Part shown: in pieces, positions 54,710 to 64,000 of the stretch
Position numbering within the stretch: the stretch's first letter is position 1
Layout: the number at the start of each line of letters is the position of its first letter
Source of the DNA: Parcubacteria group bacterium CG10_big_fil_rev_8_21_14_0_10_36_14
GTDB taxonomy: Bacteria; Patescibacteriota; Patescibacteriia; GCA-002772895
Assembly: GCA_002772895.1 (NCBI GenBank)
Contig: PFCS01000050.1
Span: 6,728 to 70,727, forward strand
DNA: 64,000 bases
Direction of reading: 5' to 3'
Position numbers and translations under genes: made by a program
Notes under the pieces: model-generated
Seen by the model: the letters and a program-made list of their open reading frames with translations, nothing else
What the model was told of the DNA's origin: nothing
The model's database searches: none

Positions 54710-55717
54710 TTACCTATTGCGTTTTAATATTTTTTGAGTAGCCTCCAAAATACGGACCACCTCATAGCCTTCTTCTCCGCCGGTTAAAGAAGGTTTGCCA
54801 TTCACCGCGCAATCCGCAAAATGGCTTATTTCTATAGCTAGTGCTTCGGACCGTTCCAATGCCGGAATATAGACATCACCGCTCCTGTATATTACGTCAC
54901 TTGGTGTCTCACTTTTAAAATCCAAGTCTGCTCCATGATCATACACCTTGACTTTTTCAGTTGGTTCTATATCGTTATATAAAACCATTTTTTTGCTTCC
55001 GCCAATCAACATTTTTCTTATTTTAACCGGTGAGAGCCATCCTATGTGTATGTGCGCCATGGTCCCAGAAGGATATTCCAAATGAATATGCGCCATTTCC
55101 TCTACTGGATTTTCTCTGTTCTGCGTAACATAACTTTTCCCAAAAGCCGCCACAGACATAGGCTTTTCCTTTAAAATATAATTAAAAATCGAAAGATCAT
55201 GAACTGCCAAGTCATAAATGACATTTACATCCGGCTGTATAAGCCCGAGATTAATCCTTTCGGAATCAATATACCTTATTTCTCCCAATTCATCAGCATT
55301 AATAAGCTCCTTTATTTTCCTGACAGCGCCAGTATAAATAAACGTATGGTCAACATGAAGTAATAAATTATTTTTCTTTGCCAATTCAATCAATTCTCTT
55401 GCTTCGGCGGATGTTTCAGTCATAGGCTTTTCAACAAAAACATGCTTACTCGACTCCAAAGCACGTTTGGCTAGCTTATAATGGCTCACAACCGGCGTTG
55501 CTATAAAAACAGCTTCAATATCTTTTGCCTTAAATATGTCTTCGGAATCACAAGTGGTTTTTATAAATGGAAAATTACTTCTTGCCCTTTCCAAAAGCCT
55601 GAGGTCCAAATCACATACATAGACCAAAGAAACGCTTGCGGACGAAGCTGCATTTCGTATCAAGTTTTTTCCCCAGTAACCTGCGCCAATAATTGCTATT
55701 TTTAACGGGTATTCCAT
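54710..55717 (-). CDS. Gfo/Idh/MocA-family NAD(P)-dependent sugar dehydrogenase (WbpB/WlbA-like UDP-sugar 3-dehydrogenase).
   Basis: LKIAIIGAGYWGKNLIRN (Rossmann) and ...HVFVEKPMTET... (the EKP motif of the Gfo/Idh/MocA family). 335 aa. Confidence 0.8.
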   Translation of the reverse strand: MEYPLKIAIIGAGYWGKNLIRNAASSASVSLVYVCDLDLRLLERARSNFPFIKTTCDSEDIFKAKDIEAVFIATPVVSHYKLAKRALESSKHVFVEKPMTETSAEARELIELAKKNNLLLHVDHTFIYTGAVRKIKELINADELGEIRYIDSERINLGLIQPDVNVIYDLAVHDLSIFNYILKEKPMSVAAFGKSYVTQNRENPVEEMAHIHLEYPSGTMAHIHIGWLSPVKIRKMLIGGSKKMVLYNDIEPTEKVKVYDHGADLDFKSETPSDVIYRSGDVYIPALERSEALAIEISHFADCAVNGKPSLTGGEEGYEVVRILEATQKILKRNR

Positions 55718-55839
55718 ATTTTATGTTAAAATTATATACATATACCTTACTCTATAATATATAGAGCGTCAAATATGATAATTTGAAAAAATATGAAAAT
55801 AGTGGTAAATAGATACAAGGTCAATACAGCCACAAAATT

Positions 55840-58659
55840 ATGCTCAAAATAATAATTGAAAAGCACAAAAAGAAACTGCTGGCATGCGCGGTGTTATTTA
55901 TTATCGGTATTTTATCTGCCAATTTATTTTTCTTGGGAATATATATAAGAAACAACAAAAATATCTTGATTTTTGATTCTGCAGTACAATATCTCCTACC
56001 TGTTTATCGATTTATGCGCAAAAGTTATAATAACGCGATAAATACGTTCTATCTGCCAAAAACAATAGGGGCATCGGAAATACCCCACTACAAATTGACG
56101 ATTAAAAAAAATCAGCTGGAAAAATTAAATAAAAATTTGCCTGAGTCGATATCCGATGCCGTTTTTAGCGGAAGTGTTTTCTTGGAGGACGAATATAAGA
56201 AAACAGTGCCCGCAATCTTTTCTTATGGTGACAAAAAATACGAAGTAGAGGTACATTACCGAGGTGACAACCCAAACCATTGGACCAAAGAAAAAAAATC
56301 TTGGCAAATAATATTCAGCCAGGAAAACTTATTTAACGGCCAAGAAGTGTTAAAACTTATATTGCCCATAGACCGAGGTTATCTTGCGGAGGCTCTAAAT
56401 GCTTATCGGGCAAAAAAAATGGGTCTATTGGTGCCTGCGGACAATTTTGTAAATTTAGAAATAAATAAAAAAAATGCTGGCGTATATTACCAAGTCGAAG
56501 ATTGGTCAAAAGGATTTTTGGAAAAACAACAAGTGCCGGCCGACTCCAGTATTTATACGACCAATGACGGTCTTATTAGCCTCAGAAAAGAAGAAAACCG
56601 CCAAGATACATCAGCCTTTGAAGATATAAATCTTTGGAAAAAAAATATATCTGATAAATTATTTACTTATAATAATTTTTCAGATATAAAAAAACTGGTC
56701 GAAATACTGCAAAGCCAAAATAAAGACGAAGCATACAAAATATTGCCACAAATACTTGATATGGAAAAGTTTTACAGCTGGACTAACGTTGCCCTATTGG
56801 TTTCAGGAGGCCATCAGGGAGGTAAAGGCAATATGCGTCTATACTTTAACAATAGTAGCGGAAAATTTGAACCAATCCCTTGGGATGTAACAATAAGAGA
56901 TAGCGATGCGCTTTTTGAAGACTGGCAAAGTATCATCAATAACTTTATATATTCAAATAAAAAATTATTTTTTGAACAAAAAAAATCCCTGTGGAATTAT
57001 TTAAGTAACGAAGATAATTTAAAAGACGACCTAAGCTTTTATGATAAACTTTATGAAACAACACGCCCAGCTTTTTACGATGATTGGATAAAAGTAGACA
57101 ATAATTTAACCTTTGATAAAAAAATAAAAGAAATGCGCGATATTATTAAAAATAGGTTTAGTAATCTAAAAGATCTTTATAAAATTGATAATTCAAGCAT
57201 GATTATAAATTATGACTCCGATATAAATCTGATAACGGCAACGACTAAAGCGGATAATTTCGCCGGCATAATGCTAAAAAGCCTTAAACTACCGACAGAC
57301 GACAATATGTTTGTTGAAGCATTTGATGATTCCAATAATAATCTTAAACTTGATAAGGACGATAAAATCATAAAAACCGGCTACATCAATAAAAATGACA
57401 ACACAATAAAAGATATTAATAAATTAATTTATGATAAAGATGAAGTGGCCATATTCATAAAAATTATTCCTTATGGAACACAGCAAAACGGCTTAAATCT
57501 TAAAAATGTAAAAATAAAATTTGACAATGCAATCACCAAAAAAGATATTGATATAAAAAGCATAGTCTTATCAGACGACACCTCTTTTAATTATCTTCCC
57601 AAGACTATCTATAGTCCTCGGCAATTTGTAAACGAAAATCCCATATTTAAAACAGATGGAGAAAAAATATTTCTACCCGCTGGCTCTTATACCATCACAA
57701 AAAATATAATAATTCCGCAAAAATCCCAGTTGATAATACAGCCTGGCGTTGTCCTAACCTTTTATCCAAAAATATCACTCATATCTTACAGCCCTGTTTC
57801 GGCAATTGGCTATTCCGATAGTCCTATTATATTCCAATCCGCCTATCAAGGGCAACCGTGGGGATCTTTTGGCATAGTTAATACCGAGAAAGAAAAAAAC
57901 AAGCTACAATTTATAAATATATCCGGTGGTGGGAGTTCTTATATAAACGGTATTTTCTTTAGTGGAATGTTATCAGCCTACCATGCCGACCTTGAATTAA
58001 GCGATAGTTTAATTCAAAACAGCTCATCGGATGACGGCGCAAATGCAAAGTACGGAAATGTGGTAATAAAAAATAACAGATTTATAAAAAATAGTGCGGA
58101 CGGCTTGGATATAGACTACGCAAAAGGAGAGATAAGTAATAATTATTTTAGTAGCAATGGCAATGACGGCATAGATATCTCCGGTTCTTCAATCAGTATT
58201 AAAAATAATACAATACTTGCATCAGGGGACAAATGTATAAGCGTAGGAGAGAATTCAAAAGAGCCGGTTATTTTTAATAATATTTTAAATGGATGTAATA
58301 TAGGAATAGAATCAAAAGATTTATCAACCCCGGTTATTTTGAATAATGTCATTATAAATAATAATATAGGCATAAATGCCTATAGAAAAAAAGAGATTTT
58401 TGGTGGCGGATTTGGAAAAATATATAACAATATTATCTGGGACAATAAAGAAAATATAAAAACGGATGAATACTCACAATTCGAAGCTGATTACAACGAC
58501 ATTGAAACCAACTATTCAGGAGAGTATAACTTTTATGAAGAGCCATCTGAAAATTATTATAAACCGGGTTTAGAAAATTATCACGGTAAAGGAAACCGGG
58601 ACATTCTAAAAAAATATCTTGAAATTAATCTTGAGGAAGCTCCGGTAGGGCTAATGTAA
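55840..58659 (+). CDS. CotH-family domain fused to a right-handed beta-helix repeat domain (paralog of 32622-35312), membrane-anchored/secreted.
   Basis: TM anchor LLACAVLFIIGILSANLFFL. CotH-like FSYGDKKYEVEVHYRGDNPNHWTKEKKSWQIIFSQENLF...LKLILPIDRGYLAEALNAYRAKKMGL. Beta-helix repeats ...DGLDIDYAKGEISNNYFSSNGNDGIDISGSSISIKNN...NIGINAY... are colinear with the other copy. Confidence 0.65.
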   Translation: MLKIIIEKHKKKLLACAVLFIIGILSANLFFLGIYIRNNKNILIFDSAVQYLLPVYRFMRKSYNNAINTFYLPKTIGASEIPHYKLTIKKNQLEKLNKNLPESISDAVFSGSVFLEDEYKKTVPAIFSYGDKKYEVEVHYRGDNPNHWTKEKKSWQIIFSQENLFNGQEVLKLILPIDRGYLAEALNAYRAKKMGLLVPADNFVNLEINKKNAGVYYQVEDWSKGFLEKQQVPADSSIYTTNDGLISLRKEENRQDTSAFEDINLWKKNISDKLFTYNNFSDIKKLVEILQSQNKDEAYKILPQILDMEKFYSWTNVALLVSGGHQGGKGNMRLYFNNSSGKFEPIPWDVTIRDSDALFEDWQSIINNFIYSNKKLFFEQKKSLWNYLSNEDNLKDDLSFYDKLYETTRPAFYDDWIKVDNNLTFDKKIKEMRDIIKNRFSNLKDLYKIDNSSMIINYDSDINLITATTKADNFAGIMLKSLKLPTDDNMFVEAFDDSNNNLKLDKDDKIIKTGYINKNDNTIKDINKLIYDKDEVAIFIKIIPYGTQQNGLNLKNVKIKFDNAITKKDIDIKSIVLSDDTSFNYLPKTIYSPRQFVNENPIFKTDGEKIFLPAGSYTITKNIIIPQKSQLIIQPGVVLTFYPKISLISYSPVSAIGYSDSPIIFQSAYQGQPWGSFGIVNTEKEKNKLQFINISGGGSSYINGIFFSGMLSAYHADLELSDSLIQNSSSDDGANAKYGNVVIKNNRFIKNSADGLDIDYAKGEISNNYFSSNGNDGIDISGSSISIKNNTILASGDKCISVGENSKEPVIFNNILNGCNIGIESKDLSTPVILNNVIINNNIGINAYRKKEIFGGGFGKIYNNIIWDNKENIKTDEYSQFEADYNDIETNYSGEYNFYEEPSENYYKPGLENYHGKGNRDILKKYLEINLEEAPVGLM

Positions 58660-58673
58660 AACAAAAAACAACC

Positions 58674-58704
58674 AGAAATGCCACTATTTTTTAGTGGCAT
58701 TTTT
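58674..58704. terminator. Intrinsic terminator hairpin between convergent genes (CotH paralog on +, GT-C membrane protein on -).
   Basis: aaatgccacta-ttttt-tagtggcattt is an 11-bp perfect stem, extendable by G-U and A-T pairs, with a 5-nt loop and a T-tract downstream on +. The minus-gene stop codon (cta at 58684-58686) lies inside the left arm. Confidence 0.65.
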
Positions 58705-60033
58705 TATTTTATAAGCAAACCCATAGACTCCTAGGGCAATATATATGTATATGTACGGATTGACTGGTTGCCGGAAACGGGAATAAGACGCTACGCCTGT
58801 CGCCAGGACAAAATAATAAATTAAAAAAAGAAGGAATACCGCACTTATTCTATTGTCCTTGAAGCCAAATATCCAATAAAGCACACCAAACAAAGCGAAT
58901 AAATTCAGTATCAAAAGTATTGCCTTGCCACCCAAAAATATGACCCCGCCAACTCCCCTATATTGTAGTACGGGAATTTTTAAAATATCTTTCCAGGAAT
59001 AAAACCAAGTTTCAAAAACTACTCTTTGCTGTTCAAGCGGTGGATATATAGCAGCGGCTGTAGTAAAATAACTATCACCCAGAAAAAAAGGAATCATATT
59101 TGATAAATGAACCTCCATAAAAGCAATGGGATGAGCGGCAATGTACTTTAAAGTAACTAATTTTAGATCATTCATTTTTATGTCACCTATTTCTGCCACA
59201 TTATCACCGACATTTAAATATGTCATCGTCAAATATTTTCTAAAAGCTACGGTTTTGCTTGCTGAAGATAAATCAAAAGTATTAAATAAAACTTTATTCC
59301 TTGCGGCCCAGGGAGAGATCAAAATTATAAATGCTGCAACCATCAACAATATGGCAACAAAATAGCGGAAAAAAGAGCAAAAATTTATTTTTTTAATTAC
59401 TGCTAAGGAAAAAATTACAAAAACTAATAAAATAAATTGCGCGACCGGTCTCACATAATTAAGACATGCCAATAACGCGCCTGTCACAAGAAAAGCTAAA
59501 GGGTTGACCTGGCGGTTTATGAGAATCTTTTTTACAAAAATATAAACGCTAACTACCAATATAAAAGTAAACAATGTCTCGCTAAGCAACTGATTATTCC
59601 AATAAATCACAGCTGGTTCGCACGCATATATGGCCGCCGCTAACAGAGCTATTGATTTTTTTCGCAAGAGCAAAATACACAACTTATAAATAATAACTAT
59701 AACAAAAAGCGCAAGTAAATCTTGGAATAAAACTGTGGGCCAGGCTACGGGAATAAAACGGTAAAAAATAGAAATAACAAAGGGATAGCCCGGCGTCCTA
59801 AAAAACTCATTCTCAAAAGGGGACGTTTCGTTTCTTGAAAAAACACTATGTTCAGATAGATTCTTTGCCAGTGTCAGATACTGCTCAGAATCCTCGCTGT
59901 TATGAGGATAAAAACCCTTATCTCCGAAATTATGTAAAATAAACCCAAAAAAAATTATGCGCAAAATGAGAGCCACCGCTAAAACAAGTAGCAAGCCTCT
60001 ATTTTTCTTAATGAATTTTTTAATTCTAAGCAT
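58684..60033 (-). CDS. GT-C-fold membrane glycosyltransferase, GT39/PMT/ArnT-like (polyprenyl-phosphate-sugar dependent).
   Basis: N-terminus LLLVLAVALILRIIFFGFILHNFGDKGFYPHNSEDSEQYLTLAKNL is the characteristic first TM plus acidic loop-1 (D-E) region of PMT/ArnT-type enzymes. About 11 TM helices, 449 aa. Confidence 0.6.
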   Translation of the reverse strand: MLRIKKFIKKNRGLLLVLAVALILRIIFFGFILHNFGDKGFYPHNSEDSEQYLTLAKNLSEHSVFSRNETSPFENEFFRTPGYPFVISIFYRFIPVAWPTVLFQDLLALFVIVIIYKLCILLLRKKSIALLAAAIYACEPAVIYWNNQLLSETLFTFILVVSVYIFVKKILINRQVNPLAFLVTGALLACLNYVRPVAQFILLVFVIFSLAVIKKINFCSFFRYFVAILLMVAAFIILISPWAARNKVLFNTFDLSSASKTVAFRKYLTMTYLNVGDNVAEIGDIKMNDLKLVTLKYIAAHPIAFMEVHLSNMIPFFLGDSYFTTAAAIYPPLEQQRVVFETWFYSWKDILKIPVLQYRGVGGVIFLGGKAILLILNLFALFGVLYWIFGFKDNRISAVFLLFLIYYFVLATGVASYSRFRQPVNPYIYIYIALGVYGFAYKIKNATKK

Positions 60034-60042
60034 AATAGATGC

Positions 60043-61452
60043 TTATTTAAACTTCATTTGGGTTGACGGCACTTTGGCACCTCTACCAAAACCCAAAATC
60101 CACTTAATAAAAAATTTTGATATTGCTTTTATCGTATTCAAATCGTAAACGCCTATTTTATAAAAACGCCTCAAAATATATTTTGGACGAAAATAAAATG
60201 TTTTAAATGCTTTTTTATAAAATTCTTCCACTTTTTCCGAAGCAACGGTAGGCAATTCCATAATTGACTGAGAAAAATTATATTGGGTCCAATCCTCCGT
60301 TTTTAAATACCCCTCTTCTTTTGCCCAGTAGTACATTTCTGTCCCAGGATAAGGCGTGGCAATATTAAAAACCGCTAAATCAGGATCGAGCTCCACGGCG
60401 TAATTTAAAGTTTTTTGCATTGTTTCTTCTGTCTCTCCCGGATTGCCAAACATAAAAGCCAACCTACAATTAATCCCAACTTCTTTCGTCATTTTTACGA
60501 CTTCCTCAACGCGTGGCAAATTTATACGTTTCCGAATATTTAATAAAATTTGCGGGTCAGCCGACTCAACACCATACATTATTTGATGGCAACCTGCCTT
60601 TTTTAAAATATCCAAAGTTTCTCTATCCACACAATCAACACGCGAAAAACAAGACCATGATATATTAACCTTTTCTGCGATAACCAGTTCACAAAATTCT
60701 TTTATATTTCTTTTCACCGCAGTAAAAGTATCATCGTAAAAAGATATTTCTCGAATTCCATGGTTTTTTTGTAATAATTTTATTTCATCTAAAAGACGAC
60801 GCGCTGTAAAATATCTTATTCGCGGACCAAAGTTCTGATAACAATAGGTACATGTACCCGGGCAACCTCTCGTCGCTATAAAACCAAAAGCCGGCAATCG
60901 TTTGTATGCTCCTAGGGCTGGATGATACTTTTCCATCGGTAAAAGATGAGTAGGGAGAAATGGTAAAATATCCAAATCTACTAAAAATGGGCGTCTTTCA
61001 TTATGGATAATTTGCTGATCTTTTTTATAAGATAATCCCAAAATTTCGCTCAAGGATTTACCGAAAACAAGCTCGTTCATAGCAAATTCTCCTTCATCAC
61101 GAATAACATAATCTACAAAATCATTCGATAAAACCTCGTCAGGTCTTAATGTGGAATGGACTCCACCAAAAACAATTTTGCTATCTGGAAAAATTTCTTT
61201 ACAAATTTTAGCGCTTTCCAAAGCATTATTTATAATTCTAGTTGTGCCGGTAAGACCAATAAAATCCGGCTTTTCTTTTAATCCTTCTAAACGCAGTTTC
61301 AACAACTCTGCCGTCAATTGTTCTGCACGCGCATCTATCATAATAACTTTTCGTGGCCCTTTTCCAAAAGAACTCCCGCAACTGACAATAAACCTATGGA
61401 TGGGTAGCACGGATTTATAATTGACCATGCACTTATATTGTCTATAATCCAA
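60043..61452 (-). CDS. B12-binding-domain radical SAM enzyme (class B rSAM), paralog 3.
   Basis: ...DFIGLTGTTRIINNALESAKICKE... (B12-binding-like region) and cluster motif ATRGCPGTCTYCYQ. 469 aa. The precise start is uncertain (alternative internal Met codons exist). Confidence 0.75.
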   Translation of the reverse strand: MDYRQYKCMVNYKSVLPIHRFIVSCGSSFGKGPRKVIMIDARAEQLTAELLKLRLEGLKEKPDFIGLTGTTRIINNALESAKICKEIFPDSKIVFGGVHSTLRPDEVLSNDFVDYVIRDEGEFAMNELVFGKSLSEILGLSYKKDQQIIHNERRPFLVDLDILPFLPTHLLPMEKYHPALGAYKRLPAFGFIATRGCPGTCTYCYQNFGPRIRYFTARRLLDEIKLLQKNHGIREISFYDDTFTAVKRNIKEFCELVIAEKVNISWSCFSRVDCVDRETLDILKKAGCHQIMYGVESADPQILLNIRKRINLPRVEEVVKMTKEVGINCRLAFMFGNPGETEETMQKTLNYAVELDPDLAVFNIATPYPGTEMYYWAKEEGYLKTEDWTQYNFSQSIMELPTVASEKVEEFYKKAFKTFYFRPKYILRRFYKIGVYDLNTIKAISKFFIKWILGFGRGAKVPSTQMKFK

Positions 61453-61482
61453 GGAGGATTAATTAATAATACCTTCATAGCT

Positions 61483-62178
61483 TTAATCAAAAAAATTAAA
61501 TTTTATAATACACCACAGGGCGCTAATAGCATCTTTCCAATTTATTTTTTTTCCCTCTTCATATGTCCTACCTGAATAGGAAATACCTACCTCATATATA
61601 CGAAATTTATTTTTTGCAATCTTGGCTGTGATTTCTGGTTCAAATCCAAAACGATTTGATTGTAAAGTAGGACCTATTGTTTCTATTACTTTTTTTACAA
61701 AAACCTTATAACACGTTTCCATGTCAGTTAAAGTTAGATTGGTAAACATATTTGAAAGAAGTGTTAAAAATTTATTTCCCAATAAGTGCCAAAAATATAA
61801 AACACGATGGCTTCCTCCGCCAATAAAACGCGAACCATAAACAACATCTGCCCGCCCTGATAAAATCGGCTCCAAAAGTTTTGGATATTCCCCCGGGCTA
61901 TACTCTAAATCAGCATCTTGAATTAAAAATATATCTCCGGTTGCCTCTTTGAAACCGCGTCTCAAAGCAGCGCCCTTACCCTGGTTCTTTTCTTGATAGA
62001 AAACCCTGTATCTATTCTCTAAACTCTTCAAAATATCACGCGTACTATCAGTTGAAAAATCATCAATTAAAACTGTCTCTTTTTCTATGTCCCCCAAATC
62101 CACAGCATCAATCCTCTCTAATATTTTGAGAATTGTTTTTTCTTCATTATAAATTGGAACAATTATTGATAATTTCAT
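61483..62178 (-). CDS. Polyprenol-phosphate sugar synthase, GT2 (DPM1/GtrB-like).
   Basis: [23 protein letters not shown]...[15 protein letters not shown]...[12 protein letters not shown] are DPM1 hallmarks. It lies directly downstream of a B12-rSAM gene, the same arrangement as 37111-39258. Confidence 0.8.
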   Translation of the reverse strand: MKLSIIVPIYNEEKTILKILERIDAVDLGDIEKETVLIDDFSTDSTRDILKSLENRYRVFYQEKNQGKGAALRRGFKEATGDIFLIQDADLEYSPGEYPKLLEPILSGRADVVYGSRFIGGGSHRVLYFWHLLGNKFLTLLSNMFTNLTLTDMETCYKVFVKKVIETIGPTLQSNRFGFEPEITAKIAKNKFRIYEVGISYSGRTYEEGKKINWKDAISALWCIIKFNFFD

Positions 62179-62185
62179 AAAAATA

Positions 62186-63277
62186 TTATTGAATTTTATT
62201 CCATATTTCTTTTATTTTATTTAAATATTCTTCTTTTGTTAATAATATATTTTCTATCACTAGTCTAGCATTTTGCGCTAACCGATTGGCAAGCCCTCTG
62301 TCTTTTGCCAATCTTAATATTGCCTCCTTCAATGCTTCTTTATCATTTACCGGAACAACGAGCCCAGATTCTTCATTTTTTATTACCTCATCAGCCAGAC
62401 CAACATCCGTCATTATAATCGGCAAGCCACAAAAAACCGCCTCTATCACAGCCCTTCCCCAACCCTCATAAAGTGACGAATGAACAAAAATATCTGCTTC
62501 TCCGTAATATTTATCCAAATTTGTTTGATATCCGATAAAAGCAACGCTTTCTCCAAGTTGTAAATTGCGAACTAAAAGTTGTAAACTTTTTTTAAGCCAA
62601 CCCTCACCAGCAATAATAAGTTTTGCATTTGGTAGTTGCTTTTTTATTTCCGCAAACGCTTCTATAAGCTGTTTATGATTTTTAACAGGCACTAAATTTC
62701 CAACCGATAAAATAATAAAATCATTATTATCTTTCTGGGTTTTTATCAATTCTTTTCTTTCCGTAAAAATCGGAACAGTAGTAATATTTTTATTTATTTC
62801 TTCAATTGATCTTCTAATTCTTTCACTAACAACACGAACAAAAGTCGCTCGTCTTAAAATAAATTTTCCCAAATACCATCTAAAACGATTTAATAATCTT
62901 TCGTTTTTCCAATATTTATTTCCATACAAATCACCATGAAGCTGAACTTCCAGCCCAATTTTATATTTTTGCGCTAAAAGCCAGCCAATAAAACCCGTCT
63001 CAAACGGATCTTGAGATGTAATCACCCACTCATCTTTTACGCTTAAAATTTTACTCCCTATATTTTTTGCTTTCAATAAAGCAGCTAATCTATTACCAGA
63101 AGTCGGATAAACGAATATATTTTTATCCAGATTGTTTTTTTCCCCTGATTTACCCAAAATAATTATATGTAGCTCGTCGCAAATAGAGCCGTAATCCCTC
63201 ATTCGGCCAGCTGAACTTGAATTTTTGTCTAAAATTGAACCATCTAAGCTCAACATTAAAATCTTCATAATTGACAA
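62186..63277 (-). CDS. Glycosyltransferase, GT4.
   Basis: ...[27 protein letters not shown]... and ...[46 protein letters not shown] (E-x7-E). Confidence 0.8.
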   Translation of the reverse strand: MSIMKILMLSLDGSILDKNSSSAGRMRDYGSICDELHIIILGKSGEKNNLDKNIFVYPTSGNRLAALLKAKNIGSKILSVKDEWVITSQDPFETGFIGWLLAQKYKIGLEVQLHGDLYGNKYWKNERLLNRFRWYLGKFILRRATFVRVVSERIRRSIEEINKNITTVPIFTERKELIKTQKDNNDFIILSVGNLVPVKNHKQLIEAFAEIKKQLPNAKLIIAGEGWLKKSLQLLVRNLQLGESVAFIGYQTNLDKYYGEADIFVHSSLYEGWGRAVIEAVFCGLPIIMTDVGLADEVIKNEESGLVVPVNDKEALKEAILRLAKDRGLANRLAQNARLVIENILLTKEEYLNKIKEIWNKIQ

Positions 63278-63325
63278 ATTGGTCTTATTATATTAACATA
63301 ATATAATTATATATTCAATGTTTAT

Positions 63326-64000
63326 ATGAATAAAACACCGCATAATTGCCTAAATAACGATAAAATTTTTATTATAGCCGAAGCAGGCAAAAATTTTATA
63401 CAGACAGAAAATGGCCGTCCCATATCGGAATACCTGGAAAACGCCAAAAAACTAGTACTGGAAGCTAAAAAAGCCGGAGCTGATGCCATAAAATTCCAAA
63501 CGCATAATGTTTACGATGAACAGCTTGATATAAATGTGATTTCATCACATTTTAAGAGTTCTGACCGCTATTCATGGGTAACTCGTAATACACTTGCAAC
63601 GCCCATGGAATTTTGGACGGAATTAAAAAACTTTTGCGACAAAATCGGAATTATCTTTTTTTCTACGCCAATGTCAAGAGGCGCAGCAAAAAAAATTAAT
63701 CACTTAATACCCTTTTGGAAGGTGGGATCAGGCGATATCCTAGACTTTGTAATGCTCGATTATCTTGCAGACACTAAAAAACCAATTATCCTTTCGTCGG
63801 GAATGAGCACACTTGAAGAAACCGACTTAGCAATTAATTTTTTAAAAAAACGAGGTGCAGAAATACATCTTTTGCATTGCGTTTCCAAATATCCGTGCGC
63901 GCCCGAGGATCTAAAATTAAATACAATCCCCTTCTTGAATGAAAGATATGGCATTAGAACCGGATTTTCCGACCATTCTTTAAATATTACTTCCGTGCTT
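63326..64000 (+). CDS. neuB: Second N-acetylneuraminate/nonulosonate synthase (NeuB/LegI/PseI family), 5' partial; continues beyond window end.
   Basis: Missing from the ORF track because it is partial. Translation from the ATG at 63326 reads MNKTPHNCLNNDKIFIIAEAGKNFIQTENG...ADAIKFQTHN...IPFWKVGSGDILD...ILSSGMSTLEE...IHLLHCVSKYPCAPEDLKLNTIPFL...GFSDHSLNITSV. The IAEAG, KFQ, KVGSGD, SSGM, LHCVSxYP and GxSDHS boxes are NeuB signatures. Confidence 0.8.
   Translation, partial: MNKTPHNCLNNDKIFIIAEAGKNFIQTENGRPISEYLENAKKLVLEAKKAGADAIKFQTHNVYDEQLDINVISSHFKSSDRYSWVTRNTLATPMEFWTELKNFCDKIGIIFFSTPMSRGAAKKINHLIPFWKVGSGDILDFVMLDYLADTKKPIILSSGMSTLEETDLAINFLKKRGAEIHLLHCVSKYPCAPEDLKLNTIPFLNERYGIRTGFSDHSLNITSVL

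Noticed and set aside
1-64000. Searched by eye for CRISPR-like regularly spaced repeats, tRNA/rRNA genes, transposase or integrase genes and terminal inverted repeats.
   Set aside because: None found. All intergenic gaps are under 125 nt and lack cloverleaf-like or repeat-spacer structure, and no ORF has transposase (DDE) or recombinase motifs. The island therefore shows no direct sign of recent mobility within this window.

Overview
This is an AT-rich (roughly one-third GC by eye), gene-dense 64-kb window with about 60 protein-coding genes. I found no rRNA, tRNA, CRISPR array, transposase or integrase. The left edge carries the 5' portion of a Lon protease gene on the minus strand (1-1329), which the ORF track did not list. 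From about 2.8 kb onward, and running past the right edge, the whole window is one very large cell-surface glycan / glycoconjugate biosynthesis island, mostly on the minus strand in long translationally coupled runs. Contents of the island:
- An initiating polyprenyl-phosphate sugar phosphotransferase (WbaP-like) and a Wzx-type flippase.
- At least five GT4 and six GT2 glycosyltransferases, four of them DPM1/GtrB-like polyprenol-phosphate sugar synthases, plus two GT-C/PMT-like polytopic membrane proteins.
- Two separate gene sets for nonulosonic (sialic-like) acid synthesis: NeuC-NeuA-NeuB contiguous at 16.1-19.0 kb; a second NeuA and NeuC at 29.6-31.6 kb; a second NeuB starting at 63326.
- WecB, DegT aminotransferase + Gfo/Idh/MocA dehydrogenase, several SDR epimerases/decarboxylases, and a C-terminally truncated UDP-glucose-dehydrogenase homolog.
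- A tailoring toolkit: eight class I SAM methyltransferases (three with an N-terminal Cys4 zinc ribbon), three paralogous B12-binding radical SAM enzymes (two in repeated rSAM + DPM1-like GT2 pairs), an AsnB-type amidotransferase, a CE4 deacetylase, FemAB/GNAT-like proteins, two TagF-like phosphotransferases, an NTP-transferase + HAD pair, and a CDP-alcohol phosphotransferase.
- Two paralogous ~900-aa secreted proteins fusing a CotH (atypical kinase) domain to a right-handed beta-helix, in opposite orientation about 23 kb apart (32.6-35.3 kb and 55.8-58.7 kb).
- A VTC-domain + DUF4956 pair and an S8 subtilisin with FG-GAP repeats.
Three near-perfect palindromic hairpins sit exactly between convergent genes. 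Gene content and composition suggest a small-genome, low-GC bacterium, possibly of the CPR/Patescibacteria type; this is inference only. Every functional call is family-level, from motifs I could read in the translations; no database search was run.
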